Positions 49,874 to 59,680 of a stretch of 64,000 nucleotides of DNA are shown in pieces. The notes below the pieces were generated by a model that had not been told where the DNA came from, did not search any database, and saw nothing but the letters and a program-made list of their open reading frames with translations. The stretch spans positions 1 to 64,000 of the forward strand of contig NIVC01000289.1 of assembly GCA_002269645.1 (NCBI GenBank), written 5' to 3'. Within the stretch, counting starts at the first letter, position 1. Each line of letters opens with the position of its first letter. A program made the translations under genes and the position numbers. Source of the stretch: Macrostomum lignano. Taxonomy: Eukaryota.

Positions 49874-52800
49874 ATGTCTAAGGCTAGCAAACGTGCCAAG
49901 AAAAGTACGATAGTATGCCCCTACTGTGTTAGTAATCGGCCACAGAATCAGTTCAAGGGTAGCTTTGACGATTTTTCAATTCACCTGCTATCGATTCACC
50001 CGGCCAATGCTCACAAACTGGAAACTATTCGTCGTTGGCACCAAGCCAAATTGGTTGATAGTAAACTATGCAAATTTTGCGACAGGTTCGAACTGAATCT
50101 AATTGCGCATTATCGATCTGCTCATCTGAGTCAGTTTGCCCAGCAGAAATCTGTTCTTACTGGAAAACATGCTACTAAAACTGCCAGACTGAAAGCTGCT
50201 CAACGTATTGACGAGCTTCGAGCATATATATTTGATGATAAACCGTTGCCACCATATCCGCCGAGTAGTGAGGTTACTAATGGTGAGTTTAGTTGCTATT
50301 TTTTATTATTCAAGTGTTTTTTTTATATATTTCTGCTATAAGTAAATTAGTTGACAAAAAATCAGTAATATTAATTCTATACTGCATTTTTTTAATATTT
50401 CTACTATATGTTTAAAATTTAATAAAATTAAATAATAAATAAGAAAATATTGCTTTCTTATTTTTTATTTCTACTATAAGTAGAATAGTTAATAAAATCA
50501 ATTTTATTAATTTTATACGTACAATATTTTGTTATTTTTACTGTAAGTATAGTGTCAAGGAAATGCTAACTTTAATCTATATGTACCTTTATTTATTTTA
50601 TAGATTTTTTATAGATCGAAAATTATTGAACGAAATTTTCGCCTCAAACGAAACCACTTGAGCATTTTGCTTTTTGCTTCTAACACACTCAACCCATCTC
50701 TATGGTAAACAAACATTAACAAGTCTAAATAAATTGTCATATAATTGATTGCCTACGCAGGCCCCAACATCCCGTCAACCTCGGCTGTTTCGACAACTAC
50801 CGCTGGTCTGTCGTTCTCCCAGCAGCAGCAGCGGCCGCCACGGCCAATCCAGCACAGAATTTATATCAACTACGACGAGGATAGCAGCGGCGAAGAGAAC
50901 GATTGTAGCGTCGTTATGGGCGATATCTTTGCCAACAATAACGGTATTAGCAACAGTTTACCTGCCATAGACCCTGCTGTGGCTGCCGCTGCCGACTCAC
51001 TGCTGCATCCGGCTGTGCTGCCCAATGAGCTGACATTTTTTGAGCACGTGGCCACTTTGTTGAAACCTACAGCTCTGCGCCCTACACGACTGCACGGCAT
51101 GCTGCCGCATAGGAAAACTGTGAATCTGCATTCAAATGATTGCTGCTTACAGTATCCTTGTTTTCTAATCTCTTATTGTCTTTTGTAACGTGTCTCTTAG
51201 CACCCTTATTGTCTTCTCAATATTTCTCCTCTCCCTTCCCTGTTTCCCTCTCTCTTTCGCTGTCTCTCCCCTCTCTCTCCCCTGTCTCCCCTCTCTCTCT
51301 CCCCTGTCTCTCCCTCTCCCTCCCCTGTCTCCCCTCTCTCTCCTCTGTCTCTCCCCTCTCTCTCCCCTGTCTCCCCCTCTCCCTCCCCTCTCTCCCCTGT
51401 CTCTACCCCTCTCTCTCCTCTCGCTTCTCTGGCTCTCCCTCTCTTTCCCCTGTCTCTCCCTTGCCTTTCTCCCCTCTCCCTCCCCTTTCTCTTCTCTTTC
51501 CTTCCTCTCTCTCACTGTCTCGTCCCTCCTGCCTTCTCCGGGCTATCTCACAACATAGTTCATCTCAAATTACCAGACTTTCCCTGTCTTCATTTTGTTA
51601 TCTTAAGTTAGTAAATCTTCTCTACTTAACCTCTCTTTCTCAAATTAATAGGCTTTTAATCTCACTATAACCTGAATATAATTTTTAACCCTTAACAATT
51701 CTCTTTCCATGCTAGGCGTCGTGCCATATGGAGTTCTGCCTCACACAACAGCAGGCGGAGTCCGTGGCTTTGATGCGCACCAGAGATCCAACCACCGGCC
51801 GGTCAGTTAATGGCATGCAAATTCTGTTGCGCTGTTTCAAATCCGAGTCCGGACCGCAGGCCGATTCGTTTCCGCATTGCGTCAGCTTTTTTGTCAATAA
51901 TCAGCCGGTAATGGGACTGCCCGACCCGCTGCCTTGCCGGTTTTCCGGCGCCGATCCGATTATACCAGGCGCGCCTATCGATATTTCCGGTAGGCTGGCA
52001 GCCCTGCCGAAGAATGATTTCTGAATACTTTGCGAACTGAATTAACTAAATCATAGAATGCACAGGGGCGTGCAGGGAATCCCCAAGCAACCGTAGAGTG
52101 TACATTAGTGTCAGAGAATCCCCAGTCGACCATAGCATGTACATTGGCGTGCAGGGAATCCCCAATTAACCGTAGAATGTACATTGGCGTGCGGGGAATC
52201 CAAATCAACCGTAGAATGTACATTGGCGTGCAGGGAATCCCCAATTAACCGTAGAATGTACATTGGCGTGCGGGGAATCCAAATCAACCGTAGAATGTAC
52301 ATTGGCGTGTGGGGAATTCCCAAATCAACCGTAGAATGTGCATTGGCGTGCGAGTCCGCAATCTACCGCAGAATAGAACCTTTAACACATTCACCCGCAG
52401 GTCTCTGTCGAGTTGGCAATTCTGCTATCAATCGTCTGCGAGTGAGCTGGCTACACCGAATCCTGGGCGCCGGTCACTGCCTGTCAATCACTCTGGCTCG
52501 TGTTGTCACGCCCAACGAGCTCACTAAGCGGTTGCTATCCAGTTCAAATAAAGTTCGCTCCGTCAGCGAAACTCTGCAACAGATTCGTCAACTGCTACTT
52601 ATTGACGATAATAGCAACGGAGCGGATGCGGCTGTTGCCATGACAACGCTAACCGCTTCGTTGCGCTGCCCGTTGTCGCGAACCAGAATCGAGCTTCCAG
52701 TTCGCGGCCTTGATTGTCGTCACGTGCAGTGCTTCGACGCCCGGACCTACTTGTCGATGAACGAGCGGAAGTCCACCTGGCGGTGCCCCTGCTGCGACCG

Positions 52801-53269
52801 GCCCGCCCCATTTGCCAGTCTTCGCGTCGACGCTCACTTCCAGTCAGTGCTTGCCGACGCCCCTGTCAACGTTGACTCCGTGCGTTTCCTAGACGACGGC
52901 ACCTGGCAACCGATTGAAGATTCAACACCGACTGTTGGCAGTTCCGAATCCAGCGTAGCAGCGCCGGTAGGCAAGTCTAGCCTGGTGATTGACAGCATCG
53001 CCATTCCCGACGATGAAGATAGCAATGTTGAGAAAAAGGGTCCAAGCGTTACGAACAACAACAATAACAACAAGAACAAGCAGTCAAAGCGGCATGACGC
53101 ATCAAAGACGCATCATGAACATCAGGCTGTCGCTCCACCAGCGGCTAAGCGAGGCCGCTTAAGTGCGCCCAGCCTTGGCAACAGTCACCATCGGCGACGA
53201 GCTGCGAGCTCGGTGGAGCAGCTGCAGCAGCATGTGCTAACCGTGGATCTCACTGGCGACTCCGACTAA
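49874..53269 (+). CDS. PIAS: PIAS-family SUMO E3 ligase paralogue B with two N-terminal C2H2/BED-like zinc fingers, PINIT, SP-RING, SIMs; no SAP domain seen
   Basis: Exons 49874-50282, 50761-51119, 51716-51989 and 52401-53269, in frame, with the same intron phases (1,0,1) as paralogue A. Exon 1 has CPYC-x18-HLLSIH and CKFC-x9-HYRSAH. LTFFEHVATLLKPTAL, PIDIS, intact SP-RING, C-terminal VLTVDLTGDSD SIM. Confidence 0.88.
51220..51540. repeat. CT-rich low-complexity tract in intron 2 of paralogue B
   Basis: Near-pure pyrimidine ctctccctgtctcc repeats. Confidence 0.95.
52057..52352. repeat. 39-40-bp minisatellite AACCGTAGAATGTACATTGGCGTGCAGGGAATCCCCAATT, about 7 copies
   Basis: Tandem units inside intron 3 of paralogue B (51990-52400). 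Confidence 0.92.
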
Positions 53270-53369
53270 TTAATTCCTATAAATTTTTTCTTCAAAATCT
53301 TCAATGGATTGCATTTGACCAACATGGCTTATCAATTTGTGTTTACCAACACTTGACCCGCTAAAGAAG

Positions 53370-53800
53370 GTTACCTTGACAAGAATCGCTAAGGAGTCAT
53401 TGCGAACAACTCACTAGTGAGTCTTGTTTACTTTTTTACGACTCAAACCACTGTCACGTGAGTTGCAGAATCGTTTAAATAGTCGCGTAAAAGTCGTCCA
53501 ACAGTCGTTGTGTTGGCGCTTATCTTTCTACTGACTTAAGTAGACTAAATAGAGTTGTTATAAATATTCATAAAGTGACGCAGAAGCGTTTTAGACGCAT
53601 CTCGAAGATTTTACAGCGACTCCGGTACGCCTCAGATACAACTATACGGCCCCCAGAGTCCGTTCTTGAGTCGCAGACAATGAAACGCCTCAAATTTAAT
53701 CCTAGGCGACTCTTTTGACGCCTTTCACCGTGGCATCTCGTCGTTTTAAAGTCGTCTAGAGTCGCTTCTTTCCTATTTTACCTGTGTTATCTGCAACGAA
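53370..53800 (+). repeat. Dispersed repeat (copy 2) downstream of PIAS paralogue B
   Basis: Same orientation as, and collinear with, 42054-42410, with indels. Confidence 0.8.
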
Positions 53801-53816
53801 TCTGGGGCGACGCAAA

Positions 53817-54110
53817 CATACATGCGCAACCTCCAAAATTCGGTCGGCCATGCGACTTAGTTTTAACAAAAATGTGACGTAGTTTTTGGCCAAAAATGCA
53901 ACTTACATGTAATAAAAACCCTAAAGCAAAATTAACGCAACTTTGGGTAAACGGCAGGAGTAACTATGAATGTCTTATTAGGTCAAAATGCCTCGTCAGC
54001 TACTTAGTACTACTGGTATTTTTTCGGGTGGGCATTTTTGCGACTTCCTTGATTGGCTGCCAAATCGGTCGGCCGGATCGGCCGACTCGGCCGACTGTTG
54101 CGCATGTATG
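53817..54110. mobile_element. hAT-type MITE (294 bp), CATACATGCGCAAC family
   Basis: Intact 14-bp TIRs and 8-bp TSD GACGCAAA. Highly similar reverse complement of 11026-11320. Confidence 0.93.
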
Positions 54111-54867
54111 GACGCAAATGACTCTGAAACGCAATTCTTGGCCCATAGTTACCGTTCTTATCGGTCTATCTTGAACTATTGAAGTAGGAATTATTGAATA
54201 ATTATTATAAACAAACTGATTGTAACAAGTGCATTTTTGCTGTATTAGCCAAACTTTCAGATGTGAAGTATGAAATGGAATAATATATATACTCGTGTTA
54301 GTAGTATATGTAAGTAGGTATTGATCGCTTTAACTTTGTACTTTAATATTTTTGTTCGAACACTGGTAGCACTATATGTGCTAGTGGAAGGCTGTACTAT
54401 TTATGTCCCCCATTTACATGTACTTGAATTACATACCGATGATCATATTTAGATAGTTCATTTTTAGAAGTAAAAATTAAAAAAGAATTCAATTTAACCT
54501 CATTTGGTCTCAAATTCATTGTAATAATTCAAACTTATTGTAATATTGCTGTGCCTATAAATATATTAGCAGCAATTCGCTCCTTGATAAAAAAGGCAAA
54601 TACAATCACGCAATAAAAAGCAAACAAACAATAAGTGCGTGAAACTACTTTTTGAACTAGTTGTCCAACTTTCAGTTGTAGTACACTCTTTGTTTTTAAT
54701 ATTTTCTTACTATTGTATAAGTTTTGTTACAACTAATAAGGTAATTGTTATATCAGTAAAATAGAAAAAAAATTGTATAAATGAACATTTATTGGTATTA
54801 ATTCAAAGTTATATTTTTAAATAAAAGTAAGTTATAGTCGTAACTTGTTAAGAAATTATTTCTTAGC

Positions 54868-55945
54868 GTCTGTCAGCCAGTTCAGTAGTTCATGGACCAC
54901 TAGTCACTACTACGGGTGTCTGTCAGCCAGTTCAGTAGTTCATGGACCACTAGTCACTACTACAGGTGTCTGTCAGCCAGTTCAGTAGATCATGGACCAC
55001 TAGTCACTACTACAGGTGTCTGTCAGCCAGTCCAGTAGTTCATGGATCACTAGTCACTACTACAGGTGTCTGTCAGCCAGTCCAGTAGTTCATGGACCAC
55101 TAGTCACTACTACAGGTGTCTGTCAGCCAGTCCAGTAGTTCATGGATCACTAGTCACTACTACAGGTGTCCGTCAGCCAGTCCAGTAGTTCATGGACCAC
55201 TAGTCACTACTACAGGTGTCTGTCAGCCAGTCCAGTAGTTCATGGACCACTAGTCACTACTACAGGTGTCTGTCAGCCAGTTCAGTAGTTCATGGACCAC
55301 TAGTCACTACTACAGGTGTCTGTCAGCCAGTTCAGTAGTTCATGGACCACTAGTCACTACTACAGGTGTCTGTCAGCCAGTTCAGTAGATCATGGACCAC
55401 TAGTCACTACTACAGGTGTCTGTCAGCCAGTCCAGTAGTTCATGGATCACTAGTCACTACTACAGGTGTCTGTCAGCCAGTTCAGTAGATCATGGACCAC
55501 TAGTCACTACTACAGGTGTCTGTCAGCCAGTTCAGTAGTTCATGGACCACTAGTCACTACTACAGGTGTCTGTCAGCCAGTTCAGTAGATCATGGATCAC
55601 TAGTCACTACTACAGGTGTCTGTCAGCCAGTTCAATAGTTCATGGACCACTAGTCACTACTACAGGTGTCTGTCAGCCAGTTCAGTAGATCATGGACCAC
55701 TAGTCACTACTACAGGTGTCTGTCAGCCAGTTCAGTAGATCATGGACCACTAGTCACTACTACAGGTGTCTGTCAGCCAGTCCAGTAGTTCATGGATCAC
55801 TAGTCACTACTACAGGTGTCTGTCAGCCAGTCCAGTAGTTCATGGACCACTAGTCACTACTACAGGTGTCTGTCAGCCAGTTCAGTAGATCATGGACTAC
55901 TAGTCACTACTACAGGTGTCTGTCAGCCAGTCCAGTAGTTCATGC
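54868..55945. repeat. 50-bp minisatellite GTCTGTCAGCCAGTTCAGTAGTTCATGGACCACTAGTCACTACTACAGGT, about 21.5 copies
   Basis: Exact 50-nt period, no unique spacers, only about three recurrent variant positions. Confidence 0.97.
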
Positions 55946-56402
55946 ATCATGGATGCTCTGACTTAATCTGGACAAGTACCCCATGAGCCTTGATATCTCA
56001 GAAATTCCTCAATGAGTCTTTGACATCTCGGCAGTTCAGGTTTGGTAAATCATTGTGGAAGGAAATTGTTTCACAGCAGCAGCATGCAGCGCTACGTAAG
56101 ATGCACGATTGAGATGCATAGCAACCAAGAGACAGTCGCGACTGCTGTTAAAACGCTCGCATTAACGGAATTGCCAACAAATGCGAGTGAACCCTTTGCA
56201 ATTATTATCAACGAGCTAGTCAATCGGGATTTTTTTCTAGCTCTAGGCGCTAAAAGCAGTTTGTTTGACGAGTGATAATCATCTATCTGATTCAATCATC
56301 AATGCTTTACACTTGTAATTTCTGCACAGATCTATCTGTGATTTAAAAGCATCAAACAATTAGATAAGAGCGTTGATTTTTTTATCGACAGAGGGGACGA
56401 TA

Positions 56403-57338
56403 ATGGAGAAATGGACTGGGTGGTTGGCTGTCTTACCTGCGATAGCTTTTGCTTGACTTGAGCACCTGCATCCTCCATCGCACCTGTCTGAGCGGACCCT
56501 CACTTGCCCGGCTATCTCCATTCTGCAGTGCGTCTTTTCGAGTCGACTGCAAAATCTGCCTGGCATTGCGGTTGTCCAATGGAACTCGCAAACTGACACC
56601 TGTTTGCTCTTTCTATTCAGCCGAGTCTGCCACCTGCTCAACCTGAGCAGCCCCGCTGACGGGTCGTCAGACGAGGCCAACTCGTGCGAGCTCGTTGTGG
56701 ACTCAGAGCTGGACGTTCTCACTGCCAATCAGCACTTTGCGTCGTATGGCTCGGAGGCAGGGGCGGGCAGCTCGAGAACCTCGTGTGCAGCGATGGCGGA
56801 GAAAAAAAATGTCATCGAGCACACCGGAAGGACGGCCTGACATCCAGGATGTGGGTAAGCGACACCAGCGGATTCGACTTCTCCAACAGCTTCACATTTC
56901 TAATGGAGCTGAAGAGGCAGCCGAAATCGAGCCCCTTGATCGAGCTCACCGACTGCAACTCTTACTCCTGGGCTTCGCAACACTTCTGGGAATGGGACCC
57001 TCTCGAGATGACTCGCAAGCTCTATATTCAAACTGGGCAACACTGGAACTTTTTCTCCACTATCCAGCAGGTGCTCCCAGTCCGAAGCGACCAGTTCGTT
57101 CGAGTCGGGTCGATGACCATCATGAACAGGACCTGACTGTTCGTCGATGGGTCCTTGATTCCCGACAACCATGCAAAGTGTCTATCCGCGACGGAGACCA
57201 GCTCAAAATCGACAACTTCTGCATGAAGATCGGTTGTGGCGTCAGCTGACTGGCTCGTTCACCAAAATCAACGGCACCGTGAAGATGCTGGCCGTGTCCA
57301 ACTTCTACCTGACCGCCGATCATCAACCGGCTGTTTAA
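56403..57338 (+). pseudogene. Intronless pseudogene of a secreted PAN-like plus LamG/ConA-like domain protein
   Basis: Signal-peptide-like MEKWTGWLAVLPAIAFA, then TGA 56454-56456; SILQCVF...WNSQTDTCLLF (PAN-like); after frameshifts SFTFLMELK...LFVDGSLI...INGTVKMLAVSNFYLTAD (LamG-like strands). Further stops at 57134-57136 and 57247-57249. Domain calls are by eye. Confidence 0.55.
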
Positions 57339-58542
57339 CTAAGTACGTGAGCAGATCCTACTCGTAACTGGACTAAGAACGTTTTTAGGCTGGGACATAG
57401 TATGTACGGTAAAGCTCTGTGACTCTTACAAATTTAACTCAGCTTTCAATTCAATTCAGCAGAGCCAGAATCTATCAGATGTTGAGATGTTCTCGTATCT
57501 CCAAAGCTGCTTTAGAGGCGAAAAAGAAGTTGTGCATTGAGAACCTTCAATTTACAGCTTGCGATTACCATGCACACTATACCTGCATGGGAGCTGCTGG
57601 AGGACCGGTACAGATCGGTAGACAACTTAGTTCACCACTTTATGAAGACGCTCCAGGCAGCTCGCTGTGTGCATGGATCAGATTAAAAAACATAGCCTTT
57701 CGAGCTTCTGCAGACCCCTGTGTGTGAATATACGAAGTTCTGCTAATGCCTTATTTGGAAGCCAAACTGCCCGGCTCTGTCTGAGAATATGTAACTGCGC
57801 TCAATTCTGACTTCCACCAAGGACTCAAATTAGGGCCAGCTACGGATCGAGTGGACGCAGCTGTCAACTCTGCTGCTATCCTCAAATAGCTCGATCCTAC
57901 GCAGCTTGAGCGGCTCTCCAGCTCAAACATACCCAAGGAAGTGCTGCCTTGCATGACGAGTTAAAATTACATCGCGCTCGCTGTATCACGTGTTGCACAC
58001 AGCTTCTCTCCTGGACAGGCTGGCAAGGAGCTCCGGCCGGGTGAGCACAACTTTTTTGGAGAGGCGTCTGTTGCGGAGTTTGACCACTCGATCTTCAGGG
58101 TCAACTCTTCGTTACACTAAAGTAAAAATCAGGTAAAAAAGGTGTTGTGTTACAGTACACTGAGCTTGCATTGATCAATGTTCAAAAGGCTTGAACGCGT
58201 ATATTATTTATTTATGCAAAGAAAATGGTCGAATACATCTCCGTTTATACTGGAGGAGGCGCTTGAAGATTTGCGCGACCACTGCCGCCTCAACGGCTGC
58301 GCAATTGTTAATGAGCATGCAGTCTGACGCCAATTAGTGAATCGGGTATGTTATGCTTTCATCCTCACCTCAATTGGGCATTTACTTTCATCGCAAAATA
58401 AGATTCCATGCAGTGTCTGCTGGCCGTCGGCTCCGCTATGATGCGATTTACGATGATGACGCTATTGGGACATGCATGTGGCTGCTCCTCGCGCAGGGCG
58501 CTGGTCTGTCTCAAGTTAAGCTACAAATGTAGCTACCAGCAG

Positions 58543-59178
58543 TAGAATGCATGAGGGGGCTTCTGGGACAAAATTTTTAACGTCCTCCATAATCCCATTA
58601 AATCCATCCATATAATCCCCGACAGAATCAGAGCATAACCGGTGTCCTACTGTTATGCTCAGAGCATAAACTCTCTGAGCATAACAGCTCCAAATCCACC
58701 CATAGCATCTTCGAAACAATCAGAAAAGAATCTGCATTCTTCTCCCCACATTCAATCCGCAACGCGAAACCAGATCCCTAAGACTTTAAATCATCAGCGC
58801 AGGGTGCTTATCCTTTGAAAAAAATTAAATTCTTCATAAAAATGTTTCCAGTTGTCTCTCCAGGTTCTTATTACAAAGCGCATGAGCCTAATTACAAAAG
58901 TAAAGTACCAAATGCAAACTTGAATGCAGCGAATACATGAGAAAATATATTGACCCGGCGTTGATATCAATGTCCCTAATATTAATCTAGCTCTCCAAAG
59001 ACACTGGTTTCGTAAGTATGGAGTACCCTACGTAAAAGATTACGACAGCTACTATAACTTTGCAGAAATCATTAGGCAATTATGATTTCTTACATTCTCT
59101 CAATGATAATATGGATGGATTTTATGGGATTATGGAGGACGTTAAAATTTTGTCCCAGAAGCCCCCTCATGCATTCTA
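58543..59178. mobile_element. MITE with ~70-bp TIRs and long target-site duplication
   Basis: tagaatgcatgagggggcttctgggacaaaatt... versus ...aattttgtcccagaagccccctcatgcattcta. CTACCAGCAG repeated at 58533-58542 and 59179-59188. Confidence 0.88.
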
Positions 59179-59635
59179 CTACCAGCAGAGCGCCGCGGTA
59201 AAATCGTGCATCTCGCAGCAGAGATTATACACTGTGAGTAGAGGCATATCACATCGTGTACAGAGAGAGTACAAGGGGAGAATTCATCGGACACGTACGC
59301 AGGACAATTGTGGCGGCCATCGTGAATGACAAGGACCCCTGTAGTAAACGAGCTAGACATGAAACTCAAAGATTATAATTTTTACGAGGCTAATTTCCTG
59401 GATAAAATACACTGCAGATCGATCAGATATGGGACAATTTTTTTCATCACAAAATTTACGATTGCGTTTGATCTGGGGCAGCTTGAAGATTACGATCATC
59501 GACATCCGCGGATGGCTTTCGACTGCGATGACCACTACGATCAGCCCGCCTACTTTTCAAGCCGATGAAGGCGTACACCTTTCTGGAACCGGCCGTCCTC
59601 GCGGCAGGCTAAGACCCCGGCCGTAGGATAATACA

Positions 59636-59680
59636 CAAGGACGACTAAAGTAACGTATAATCTACTTAAGTAGTCCTTTG
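59636..59680. mobile_element. 45-bp miniature derivative of the 8851-9397 MITE family
   Basis: caaggacgactaaagta + 8 nt + tctacttaagtagtcctttg. Flanked by ATAATACA / ATAATACT (7 of 8 match). Confidence 0.65.

Noticed and set aside
54868-55945. CRISPR array
   Set aside because: Pure tandem 50-mers with no unique spacers, no cas genes, and a eukaryotic context.
57100-57249. FHA domain suggested by LFVDG...IRDGDQLKI
   Set aside because: The upstream FHA GR and SxxH motifs are absent. The signal peptide and flanking strands fit a LamG/ConA-like extracellular fold better.
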